From Octopus vulgaris (Eukaryota), in NCBI GenBank assembly GCA_951406725.2, contig OX597821.1, positions 48,608,001 through 48,672,000 of the forward strand: a stretch of 64,000 nucleotides of DNA, read 5' to 3'. The position numbers and the translations under genes were made by a program. Below are positions 39,373-51,792 of the stretch, piece after piece. The stretch's first letter is position 1; each line of letters starts with the position of its first letter. The notes under the pieces were generated by a model. It was not told where the DNA came from. It saw only the letters and a list, made by a program, of their open reading frames with translations, and searched no databases.

Positions 39373-39446
39373 AATATTAGGGAATAAATCCAAATTTACA
39401 GGGAAAAATCAGATTTAGGATTGAATCCAATTTTATAGTAAAATAT

Positions 39447-39646
39447 TATATAATATTAATTAGAGACAAAACCACTATTTTGCAAATCAAACAAGGAAAG
39501 ACTTAATCAATACATAAAAAAATTTTAATATAAAGTATTTATTTATTTATTTATTTACTTTATATTAAAATTTTTTTATGTATTGATTAAGTCTTTCCTT
39601 GTTTGATTTGCAAAATAGTGGTTTTGTCTCTAATTAATATTATATA
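39447..39646. repeat. Essentially perfect palindrome: 91-bp arms, 18-bp spacer
   Basis: 39447-39537 is the reverse complement of 39556-39646. Confidence 0.95.
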
Positions 39647-39651
39647 TATAT

Positions 39652-40170
39652 CATCATCATCATCATCATCATCGTTTAACATCCGCTTTCCATGCTAGCA
39701 TGGGTTGGACGGTTCAACTGGGGTCTGGCGAGCTCGAAGGCTGCACCAGGCCAGTCAGATCTGGCAGTGTTTCTACAGCTGGATGCCCTTCCTAACGCCA
39801 ACCACTCCGAGAGTGTAGTGGGTGATTTTATGTGCCACCGACACAGGTGCCAGGCGAGGCTGGCAGACGGCCACGCTCGGATGGTGTTTTTTATGTGCCA
39901 CCGACACAGGTGCCAGACGAGGCTGGCAGACAGCCACGCTCGGATGGTGTATTTTATGTGCCACTGACACAGGTGCCAGACGAGGCTGGCAGACGGCCAC
40001 GCTCGGATGGTGTTTTTTATGTGCCACCAACACAGGTGCCAGACAAGACTGGCGAACGGCCACAATCAGATGGTGTTTGTTACGTGCCCACAGCACGGAG
40101 GTCAGTCGATGCGGTACTGGCTACGGCCACGTTCGGATGGTTTTCTTATGTGCCACCGGCACTGGTACCA
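39652..40170 (-). mobile_element. SINE-like family D copy with an expanded ~62-bp minisatellite
   Basis: ttttatgtgccaccgacacaggtgccagacgaggctggcagacggccacgctcggatgg repeated about 4-5 times. Confidence 0.8.
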
Positions 40171-40376
40171 CAAAGATACAAATTCCATTGATGTTCATCT
40201 ATTTTGATTTGGTTTGATTTGATTTGATTTTCACTTGCCTCAATAGGTCTTCACAAGTGTCACAAGAAGGAAGGTATATATATATATATGCATATGTGGG
40301 CACAGGACTTCATGAAACGTGTACAACAAAACGTACGAAGCACGAGTACATGGAACATGAACTATTCTTTTGAACA

Positions 40377-40410
<34 letters not shown>

Positions 40411-40469
40411 GTATATATATATATGTATGTATGTATATATATGTATGTATGTATGTATATATATGTATG

Positions 40470-40501
<32 letters not shown>

Positions 40502-40513
40502 TATATATGTATG

Positions 40514-40544
<31 letters not shown>

Positions 40545-40587
40545 GTATGTAAGTATATATATATATGTATGTATGTATATATATATG

Positions 40588-40621
<34 letters not shown>

Positions 40622-40952
40622 TGTATGTATGTATGTATGTATATGTATGTATGTATATATATATATATGTACAGCCGAAATTACTACGATGATCCGGTTC
40701 TTGACTGAAGACTGAGGGTTTCGAATGTCCTGTCCGTGTTTATTGTATCGTCTTCTAAGAGTTATACGTTCTTGTCCATGTTGTATTTTTCTACATACCT
40801 TAATATATATATATATGTATGTATGTATATATATATGTATATATATATGTATATATTGTGCTAAGAAATACCTATATTAAAGGTCACTTCAGGGGAGTAG
40901 GGGTGTGTGAATCAGATAGCTTTCCTATTCCTATGTTTCCTTTTATTTATTA

Positions 40953-41437
40953 TAGGAATAGGAAAACTATCTGGTTCACACCTCCCTACTTCCCCAAAGT
41001 GACCTTTAATATAGGTAAGTATTTTTTAGCACTGATAGATAGACATTTTCCAGTCAACCATACTTACAGAAAGCTCTTTAACAGACATAACTTAAAAATC
41101 AGTTTCAGCTCAACTACTAATTTTTAAAGATATAATCGCACACAACACACAAAAACCACAAAATGAAACCAGCTATTCATGCAGGGATAAAAATTTGTGC
41201 CCGCTAAATGGAGCTTGCATGTCCGAAACCATCATTTATGAAGGAGCCGTAGACTCTATATCCACTAGGGACACGGTTTCGACGAAGCAATACGTGGGCC
41301 TTAGAGGGTAATTTCAAGGTCAGGTTCAGTAATCACACCTTGAGCTTCAGGAACTAGGATAAAAGGAAAACGACCAAATTATCCAGTCATATATGGTCCT
41401 TAAAAGATAAAGGTGTCAGTTACAACATCCATTGGAA
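40953..41437 (+). mobile_element. Penelope-like element GIY-YIG region fragment
   Basis: RKTIWFTPPY..., CRDKNLCPLNGAC...IIYEG...QYVG...FKVRFSNH...LSSHIWSLKDKG..YNIHWKI. Confidence 0.85.
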
Positions 41438-41865
41438 GATCTTTTCGGTTTGAACGGCAGTTTTTTCTAGCAGTGTCATATGAAATTGTCACCCATAATT
41501 ATGACCCTAGTATCAATCTATTGCATTTCAATCTGTTTTAGGGTTAGTTAGGGTTAGGGTTAGGGGCGGGGGGGAAGGGTATCTTATTTTCTTCGCAAAT
41601 GTAAATAAACCCAATCTGTTTCTTAAACGAGGGACATATTCATACAGCACAGAATGTTTTTTTTACCTCAATAGACGTCAGTGATTGGTTGAAATTGCAG
41701 AAATTGAAGAAAAAAAACAACAAACATCTTACAAACTATAGAATTTTCTCAATAAAGCCAAGAGAAAAAGATGTTTTATAAACACATTCTACCAGTATAC
41801 GAAGTTTAAACTTTTTTAGTTACCTAGAAATTATGTTAAAAACTGCCGTTCAAACCGAAAAGATC
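41438..41865. mobile_element. MITE with 28-bp TIRs and a short internal (TTAGGG)n tract
   Basis: gatcttttcggtttgaacggcagttttt ... aaaaactgccgttcaaaccgaaaagatc. Confidence 0.9.
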
Positions 41866-42040
41866 CACACAAAGTAAATAATTTTTTAAACAAAGTAAAT
41901 AACACACAAAAACACAAAGTAAAGATCGACTAGTCAGGACTAGCTAGTGCGAGTGCGCGCACCGGGACCACTGTTCTCAAGTAGTACCTCATTAACCTAT
42001 TAGTCATAATTCAGCAACATAAAATCCATAACAGTTTGTT

Positions 42041-42452
42041 TTATTCTTTTATTCTTTTACTTGTTTCAGTCATTTGACTGCGGCCATGCTGGAGCACTGC
42101 CTTTAATCGAGCAACTCGACCCCGGGACTTATTCTTTTGTAAGCCCAGTACTTAGTCTATCGGTCTCTTTTGCCGAACCGCTAAGTAACGGGGACATAAA
42201 CACACCAGCATCGGTTGTTAAGCAATGCTAGGGGGACAAACACAGACACACAAACACACACACGCAGACATATATATATACATATATACGACGGGCTTCT
42301 TTCAGTTTCCGCCTACCAAATCCACTCACAAGGCTTTGGTCGACCCGAGGCTATAGTAGAAGACACTTGCCCAAGGTGCCAGGCAGTGGGACTGAACCCG
42401 TAACCATGTGGTTGGTAAACAAGCTACTTACCACACAGCTACTCCTGCGCCT
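42041..42452 (-). mobile_element. SINE family A copy
   Basis: Similar to 4571-4981. Confidence 0.92.
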
Positions 42453-42823
42453 ACATATGTCTGCATTATTCAGTAATATTACATTCCGATATATTTTACA
42501 GTGAAACGTAAATCGAGAAATATATTTGGTTTCCTTGCAATTTCATGTTGGTTATGAATGAAAGCAATCACCACGAACGTTGTAAAGAATGGTTTACAAA
42601 GTTAGGGTCCTTTTTTCGTTCAGAGTAAAAAGTAAAAATTTTAGATTATTATTTTTCATTTTCGCTATCATAATCATAATCCACATCATTGAAAATATGA
42701 CTGCGTAAAATTTCATCTAAATAACGTATTTATTAAAGGAAATTACGAGTAAGTTTGTGAGGGACACCAAACTATAGTTATGCCTCTATTTGAGGTGTGT
42801 GGACATGTCCATTCACATATGCG

Positions 42824-42864
<41 letters not shown>

Positions 42865-42920
42865 TTCGTTTTTTGGGATTTGGTTTGCAAGATTCTTTAT
42901 ATGAGTTCGTGTGTTGAAGC

Positions 42921-43101
42921 ATATTCTGTTGTGTCTGGGGAGAGTCATTCTCTTTTAGTGCCTTATTATTTAACACACTCACCGGTAAAATTTCTACTTT
43001 AAAAAAATTTTTTTTTTAAGAAATAAGTGGAAATTTTACCGGGAGTGTGTTAAATTATAAGGCACCAAAAGAGAATGACTCTCCCCAGACACAACAGTAT
43101 A
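42921..43101. repeat. Inverted repeat with ~78-bp arms
   Basis: ctgttgtgtctggggagagtcattctctttt...ccggtaaaatttc is mirrored by gaaattttaccgg...aaaagagaatgactctccccagacacaacag; a single-arm relative lies at ~18165-18270. Confidence 0.9.
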
Positions 43102-43362
43102 TATATATATATATATTGTCAGTAATTCATGTATCCGAAAAGGAAACACACTCTAAAGCATTGGAGCAGTAATATATTTTTAGGAAATCAAAAAATGATG
43201 GCCAGTCATAAGGTGACCATCGATTTCGCACCTATTAAGCATTACAGGTGGCTCGTGAGACTCAAATGTCTGAAGGTACATAGCCGTTTGAGTCGCTTAC
43301 ACTGCTAAGCGCCAGATGCGAAACCAATGGTCACTCCATGACCGGCCATAACTTTTAAGTTG

Positions 43363-43412
<50 letters not shown>

Positions 43413-43638
43413 GTGGATTATCATTATAATATATATATGCATGTATATATATTATATTATATTAGAGATAAAACCACTACTAGGCAAATCAAACAGTGAA
43501 AATCATAAGCCAATACATAGAAATAAAATGAATTAAAAAATATATAAAAAATATAAAATATAAAAATCCAATTAAAATATTTAAATTAAAGTTAAAATTT
43601 TTTTAAAATTATATATCAAAATATATTTCAATGATATG

Positions 43639-43679
<41 letters not shown>

Positions 43680-45649
43680 AGCTATGTTAACCTCATGAGG
43701 GGATGGTTACATGCAAGGAAATATTAGTTCAATACCTAGTATTTTGGGGAATGAATTTCCTTAAAATATGTATATCATATCAATGGATATAAAAGTTATA
43801 AAGTTTATATCCATTTAAAAGAAGAAGAGAAAATAGAGAGTAAGAAGTTAATAATTGTTTATTATTAACAAAATGCTCATTTTCGCTTCTTACAGCCGAA
43901 GATGACCAATTTGTAGTAATTAATAATAAACTGTTATCATTAAACTATTAGTAACTTCCTAAATTTCCATTTTCTTCTTTTAAATGGATATAAACTCTGT
44001 GTGTGTGTGTGTGTGTACACACGAACGTACACAACAAGATGCAAAATAAAACACGAAATGTATTAATTCTACACGTGAAAGATGCACATTTATGCAGTAT
44101 ATCAGTATGCATACATATCAAATAAGAATATACATACATTGTAAACAGACAAGTGAAAACATGTGAGTGTATAAACGTTGTTTTTAACCACAAACGGACG
44201 GTGTGTGCAATCGCAATGGCCAGTCTTGTCGCGTTGATTCATTCTGCAGATTATGTGAAGGGAACAAGTGTCTGCGGAATACTCGACGTTTTACTATGAT
44301 TTACAAATGTAAATTCTAGGTTGATGGTGGTGGAGTGGAAACTATCCTTTCGAAGTGCCAGACTTCATAGGAAAGAAAAGTCTCTTCCGTTTTTTCCTTA
44401 TTATTTTTTCCCCTTTTTTCTTTTTACTAATCTTCTGTCTCACGCAACGGAAATTAATTTGATTCTGAAAAGACTTTTTATTTCCCCAAAATTATTTTGC
44501 ATTTTTGTCCTGCTTCCTATCCTTTTCCCTTCGGAAGAACAAAACTTTAAAAATGTTCAGTTGGTTCTACTATTGGTGTAGTTATTATAGAAGTCGACGA
44601 AGGATCTATATATTTACTTATCTCCGCGTTTACACATGCGGTGAGTATTCACACAGCCATCTCCACGATTAAACATGCCGGTGATTATACACAGCAACTT
44701 TTACAATGAATTACAAATGATAATGGCTATATACACAACTACACAACCAACATGAACAGTCCAACAGAGATATGTGTGAATAAAATATGAATGAAAACAT
44801 GAGGACAGTAGTAGCACGTTTTATCAACCCATTCATTGCTGATGTATGAATGAACACATCATAGTAGTAGCAAAGAAAGGCCGGAGTATATTTCTATAAA
44901 TTCCCAATCAATATGTTGGTGGAGAAATGGAATTTGAAATATAATTTTCTCTTGTTGTGTAATAAGTGTAGAAAGCAAAAATGAAAAAGCATTGGTATTT
45001 CTTAGACAATACTTACGCCGGCGATGTAGAGAAATAACGGGAGAAAACAAGGTTTGGTGTAAAGAACAACAATTCCCCCACCTACAACATTGAAGGCAAA
45101 TCTTAGAAGGGCACTCAGCAGGCAGGAAATTGAACAATAGCTATACACACAAGCAAATATAGAGCGAAGAGGGAGTGGGGACGGACACACACACACACAT
45201 CTACACAGACATCTATACCTACTCTGTGTGTGTGTGTATGTATATATGTATGTTTCTATTAAGTTGTCTATAAATAGATAACTATATGCACACACACACA
45301 TACACACACACTTATATAATGCCTCCTTTCAATCTCTACCAACTCCACTCGCAAGGCATTTGTCTGCCTGTCTATAATAGAATATACTTGCCTAAGAAGA
45401 CGCTTCTATATGTATATGCATGTGTAATTATGTTTGTTTGTATATACATACAGAAGGCATTGTTATACATCCATGTACATACATATGCCTGCATGTGTGT
45501 TTGTGTGCGCGCGCTTGTTTACACTCCCCCGGAATCGTCTTTCAACTTGTTGCTGACAAGTTAGTGTTAATAACTTACTGTTCGGAAGACATGTATGTAT
45601 GAAATAAGTTAACCGTTACAGGGAAAAACTTGAAAGAAGCAAAAAGAAA

Positions 45650-45694
<45 letters not shown>

Positions 45695-46169
45695 AAAGTA
45701 AAAAAAATATACAAACTGGGACAAGAACGTGAAACACCCAGAAGACGACACAAAAAACACGGACGGGTCATTCGAAGCCCTCAATCATCAGTCAAGAACC
45801 GGATCATCTTCGCAATTTCGGCTGATTAATCTTGAGATTGCTCCAATCTGGGCAGCCCCCAAGGGAAATCTAAGCCAAGCGCATTAGATTCCCTGGAAGA
45901 AAGCCTCGAATGTATACAACACAGGGATGGAAAAAGGACGATGTTACACGAATAAAAATACAAAAATACGTAAAAACAATAATGATAGCACGAATAAGAA
46001 TACAAAATACGTAAAAACAATAATGGTAAGGATAACAACAAAAGCAGGACGTCAGGACAAGCGTCTTTTCGACAGGACGAGTTAAGTTTTGAGCTGGCTA
46101 TAGAAGAGTACCTTAAGGCCACAGAGAACAAACAAATACGTGTTGCCACAATGACTGCTGGATCCCTTA

Positions 46170-46695
46170 TCCGGTAGTCAATGAGGAAACTAGGGATAGA
46201 TGAATGGTTAGTGAGAGCTGTGCAAACCATGTACAGGGATGCTGTAAGTAAGGTAAGAATTCAAGGTAGAGGTTGGGGTCCACCAGGGTTCAGTCCTACT
46301 ATTTATCATAGTCCTCCAGGCAATAACGGAGGAATTCAAGACAGGATGCCCCTAGGAGCTCCTCTAAGCTGATGACCTTGATCTGATTGCTGAATCACTA
46401 TCAGAACTGGAGGAGAAGTTTCAGGTGTGGAAGCAAGGATTAGAATCGAAGGGCCTTAGAGTCAACCTAGCTAAAACCAAAGTCCTAAAAAGTAGGAAGG
46501 CAGGCAAACCACAAATCCCTTCAGGTAGATGGCCCTGCTTGATCTGTAGAAAAGGCATAGATAAAAATTCTATAAGATGTACCCAGTGTTAGCTATGGAC
46601 ACATAAGAGGTGCAGCAATATCAAAGGAAGGCTAACTGGGAAGATAGTTTTTGTATGTGGCAGATGCTCAGGTGCAATAAACACTGAAAATGTGT
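46170..46695 (+). mobile_element. LINE RT fragment (RTE-like) with Cys-rich insertion
   Basis: MRKLGIDEWLVRAVQTMY, GVHQGS, ADDL and C..CRKG...SIRC..C.LWTHKRC. Confidence 0.85.
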
Positions 46696-47139
46696 AGAGA
46701 AAGTAAGAGAGAGTGACCATGAATGAGCGCAGGAACAGGTATGCCGTTGTAGAGGAGGTACGTGGCTACCCAGCCAAAGGAAAGAGAGACAGAGAGTAGG
46801 AAGCAATAAAAGTGTAAGAGAGAGCAGGAGAGCGATGGTGAAGCACCAGGGTATACTCACAAGTAACAAGGATCAGAGCACAGATGTGATGGATGAGTGA
46901 AGAAGAGAGAGGTAGCCAAGAAGGCACAAGTAGGGTAGGGATTGCAGTGATTGGTGAAAACCTGGGTGGAAGGCAGTGAGGGCAAGAAAGGGGATTGGAA
47001 CACAATCATAGTTTATGAAGAGGAAATGTGAAGATGAGAAAGATGCTGTTTGGAAGACATGTAGTTCGGTTTCATGGAGTAGGGTGTGTGAAATGTTGTT
47101 TCATGTGGCATGTGAATGGGACACAACTCTTCTAGCACT

Positions 47140-49030
47140 CACTTTTGCTGATGTGGACGGGTCTTCTCTAGAACCTCATATCACCAAACATCTCAGTCCA
47201 TTGTCATTTCCTCCATGAGCCCCAACATCCTAAGATCACTCCTCACCACTTCATCTCATGACTTCCTGGGTTTCCCTCTTCCACAGGTACCATCCACTTT
47301 CAGTGACAGACACTTCTTAATACAGCTGTCTTCACACATAAACTTGACATGAGTGCTACATTTAATTCTTCTTATTATGCCTAACTTTTCTCTCTACACA
47401 TTTGTGCTTTGTCAGCCATGCACACTGATGCTGCAAATCCAACAGAGCATACAACCTTCATTCCTCTCCAGTTTATGCATGTCCTCTGCAGTCATAGCCC
47501 ATGTCTCACTACCACGTAATATAGTCATTCTCACACAAGCATCATACAATCTGCTTTTCATTCTGAGAGAGAGTCCTCTTGTGGCCAACAGAAGTAGGAG
47601 CTCTCTGATCTTCCTCCATTCTATTATTTTTCTAGAAACAATACTTTCAGAGCATCCACCAGCTTTACTAATTTGGTCACCTAAATAGCAGAAACTATCT
47701 ACTACCTCAAGAGAGCCTTAGTGCTCTTAGTACTTATTGTTCCAGGGCATCTGCCACACATGAAAGTGACCTTATCTGTCATCTATGATTCCATTGCATC
47801 TCTTATGTGTCCATAGGTTACACTTGGTGCAGCAAATTGAATTATGTCCCACTCCTTTCCTACATATTAAGCATATTAAGCAAGCCCATTTACCCGACGG
47901 AAGGAGAGTCTTATCTGCTTTCTTGTTAACAACAACTTTAGTCTTTGCTAAGTTAAATTTAAGGCCCTTTGATTCCAGGTTTTGCTATCAAATCCAGAAC
48001 GTCTCCAATTCTGCTTTAGATTCTGAAATAAGAGCAAGATCATCAGCATATAGTAATTCTCATGGGCATCCAGTTTTGAATTCCTCTGGTATGGACTGGA
48101 GAATGATGATGAATAAGAGTGGACTAAGAACTGATCCTTGGTGAACTCCAATTGTACACTAAATTCATCACTGTATTCAAGGACAACCCTTACCTTACTG
48201 ACAGCATTGCTGTACATATCTTGAACTGCTCTAAGAATTCACTCCTCTACTCCTAGCTTCCCTAGAGACCACTGGATAAGAGAGCAGGGAAGCCTGTTGA
48301 AAGTTTTTTCCAGGTCAACGAAGGCTAAGTACAATGGTTTACTTTTGGCCAGATACTTTTCTTGCAACTGTCTCACTATGAAGATGGCATCAGTGGTACT
48401 TCTCCCTGGAACAAAACCAAACTGCATTTCATCTAGTTTAATTCTATCCCTAATCAGTTGAGATATAACTCTCTCTCTGTAATTTTCATGACCTGCTCCA
48501 GCAGCTTGATACCTCTGTTGTTTCTAAGGTATCACCTTTACCTTTGTAGCAGCTAACTATAATACTACTACAGCAGTCTTTAGGGATGACACCTTCCTGA
48601 ACAACCTGATTAACTATGCAAGTGACTAAGCCTTATCCCACACTGTCTGATCTTTTAATCATCTTGGCAGTGATACTTGATGGTCCAGGGGCTTTCCACG
48701 CCTTCATATTCTCAATTGCCTTATGTGTTATACTATCATCAACTTTAATAGCTGGTCCCTCAATTGGTTCAATATTTGAATGACTCAAATTCTTCCAATC
48801 ATTCTCCACATTTAATAAACTTTCATAATGGTATCTCCATGCATCTTTCTTCGTTGAGTCACTAAACACAAGCATACCATTATCCATTCACACACACTTT
48901 TCACCTACCACATCTCTATTCTCTCTGATACACTGTTTGGCAATCCTGAACACCTCATGGTATAGAACATTGGCAAACTTCTTACCTTCTGCTATTTGTT
49001 TTGCTATGAAAACTTGTTGCCTAGCGTCCC
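47140..49030 (-). mobile_element. Decayed LINE (RTE-like) RT, related to 46170-46695 but in opposite orientation
   Basis: KAPGPS, QFGFVPGRSTTDAIFIVRQLQEKYLAK..PLYLAFVDLEK and YADDL. Confidence 0.9.
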
Positions 49031-49123
49031 TGCACATACATACATACATACATACATACATACATACATACATACATACATACATACATACATACATACG
49101 TACATACATACATGTATATATAC

Positions 49124-49182
<59 letters not shown>

Positions 49183-49257
49183 TGCAGCGTGGAAGGTGTT
49201 TATAAGCCATTTAAGAAACGCACAAAAAGTTAGATTCACTTCAACATTTAAATTTAA

Positions 49258-49308
49258 TTTGTCAAAATATTTTCGTCGTTTTCAGACCGCGACCTGTTCA
49301 CTGACAAA
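49258..49308 (-). ncRNA. Minimal type I hammerhead motif with G3-C8 variant core
   Basis: Minus strand: tttgtca GTGAACA g gtcg cggtctgaaaa cgac GAA aatatt t tgacaaa. Confidence 0.7.
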
Positions 49309-49529
49309 ACTTCATGCTACATCTATACATATACATCTATATATATATATATCCAAATATATACATGTATATATTTATATATATATACACACATATACAT
49401 CGATATATATACATGTATATATATATACATCTATATATAAATATATATATATATATATATACATGTTAATTTAATAATTTATATATAAGTTGGAATTCCT
49501 TTGAATAATATATATACATATTTTACCAA

Positions 49530-50420
49530 ATTTGGCCTTCCGCAAAATCTCAAATTTTATTTAATTTGCTTTGCGAGAGCAACTGTTTTGACGAAGGCGT
49601 ATCTTGTCAATTCCTTGAAATATGGAGTAGAAAAACAGCCAACGACTGATGAAGAGTCGTTCTTTATGTTGCATGTCTTGTTTTCCATTTGTTTCTTTCA
49701 TTTTTCGCAAAAAAGAAAAAAGTTTGTATTCCACGTACATTTCTGTATTTCATATTTCATGTTTTCTTATTTTTGTATTTCATGTTGTTTACGTTCTGTG
49801 ATGTCTTGTGCTCATATATACATATTTTCAAGTAAGTGTTATCGTAATAATTTCTATACGACCCTTATTGACACTCCTATCACTATCTCTGTTCTCCCTC
49901 TCTTCTTTCTTTCACTTTTTCTCTCCCACCCTTTCTCCAATTCTTCTCCTCCCCTTCACCATTATCTATCTGTCCCTCTTTCTCCCGCACTCTTCCTCCT
50001 TGACTCTCTCGTTGCTCTCACATAACCAGTGGCTATCTTTCTTTTCTTTATGCTACAAGAGACAAAATGCATTTTGCCTGTCTCCTGTCAAAGCTTGCTT
50101 TCCCAGCGTTCACCATTTCACCTCGTTATGGCATAACAGCCCTTACCGTTTGCTTTAACTGTTTTGTTTTTGTTATCACTTTAACCCTCCGCAAATCCCA
50201 AATTTTATTTAACTTGCTTTGCGGGAACGACTGTTTTGATGAAAACACATCTTGTCCTAACGTTCATAATACGGAGTAGATAAAACAGGGGACAACTGAT
50301 GAAGAAATTGTTGTTTTTTTTTTTTATGTTGCCTTTCTCATTTCTCTATTTCTTTCTTTCGTTGTTCGAAAAAAAGTTTGTTTTCCATGTTTTTGTTTTT
50401 CATGTTTTTTTTTTTCGTCC
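49530..50420. repeat. Diverged direct repeat (~49530-49800 and ~50185-50420), possibly PLE pseudo-LTRs
   Basis: ccgcaaa..caaattttatttaa.ttgctttgcg...ctgttttga.gaa...ggagtaga.aaaacag...actgatgaaga occurs twice. Confidence 0.65.
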
Positions 50421-51556
50421 TTGTGTATATAAATATATATATGTAGGTATATACATGTGTGTATATATGCATATATATATTATTTATATTATTATATATA
50501 TGTATATAGATATATGTGTTTTTATATATATATGTTATTATATATATGTATATAGATATATGTGTTTTTATATATATATATGCTAAGCTAAGTATATATT
50601 TATATTTAAGATTTGCAAATTTTAAATTTTAATATTTTATAAGTCTTATGGTATAATATTATTGTTTTTTATGTAAATATCGTTGTTTATGTAATGATCT
50701 AATTATCGTAATTTTCTATATAATTATTAGATATTAACTTTAAGTTTATTCGTAAGAATTTACTTAGCGATAGATATATTGTTTGATAGTAAGTATACGA
50801 GTTGTTTAAAGTTAGGTTTCATGTATATACATGTATTAATAGCATTAATTGCAGTTTTAAATTTCTTATAATTATTATTATAACTTATATATTGTCTTTT
50901 TAAATTGATAATGGGTAGTTATATTATTCCCATTGATAAATATATTTATAGTATTTAATTGATACTATATAACTACGAATTGATTATTTCTTTAAGTATT
51001 TTAAATATAAGATTTTTGAAAGTTATTATTTTGCCAACGAGATAAAAAGATAGCTAATTTGCTTTAGCGTTCGTTTAAGATTGTTTGTTTGTATTTTTGC
51101 AATTAGCTATTTCATCTTTATTATTTTAATATTTTTATTAAGATATGGATAATTAATTTATTAGGTCTTTTTTATATGTGCTTATATATTTATTTATAGA
51201 GATAATTTTAGATCTTAATTCTAATATTTATATACATTTATATATTTTCATTTATAATTTATATATTATTTAAATATTATATTTTTAATAATATGAATAG
51301 TCATTTTTTTTGTAAAATATTTATGTAATTAAATATTGACTATAACTGATATTAGATTATTTGTGGGTTTCTTACCTTAAAAATTAATACTTAAGAATTA
51401 AAATTAATATTTAACATTATAATCGATGTTTTGACATAATCATAATCGTTAAGTTTATAGTTTGATAATAGATTTTTTATAAGAAAAATTATTATTTTAT
51501 TTATTTCTTAAAAAATATTGTTTAAATATTTCTGATTATTTATTAAAATATTACAA

Positions 51557-51655
51557 TTAACCTGAAGATTGACTGTAACCATAATTCGAATTATTAATTA
51601 AATTAAAATTATTGTTATTCGAATTGGTTACGGGCATGAAACGATCGTAGTGGTT
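51557..51655 (+). ncRNA. Type I hammerhead motif with long helix II, at the end of a very AT-rich tract
   Basis: CTGAAGA, helix II including tgtaacc..aattcgaa/ttcgaattggttacg, GAA, palindromic acgatcgt, then A; helix I is weak. Confidence 0.6.
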
Positions 51656-51792
51656 TTACTCTTTATCTTATATTAAACTTTTAATACTTTTTGATAGTTA
51701 TATAATAAAAAAAATAATAATAAATAAATAAATAAATAAATAAAATAATAATAAAGTATATATATATATATATATTACAATTATATACATAA

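Noticed and set aside
39820-40150. CRISPR-like regular repeats
   Set aside because: These are contiguous ~62-bp minisatellite units without unique spacers, inside a dispersed repeat also present at 29.7 kb; no cas genes
41537-41566. True telomere or chromosome-fusion relic
   Set aside because: Only about four TTAGGG units, located inside a TIR-bounded MITE
45760-45810. Hammerhead at the minus-strand CTGATGA (related site at ~40704)
   Set aside because: I could not identify a GAAA with consistent helices I-III
49583-49660. Hammerhead in the 49.5/50.2-kb direct repeats
   Set aside because: Core-like words are present, but helix III and the NUH site could not be formed convincingly
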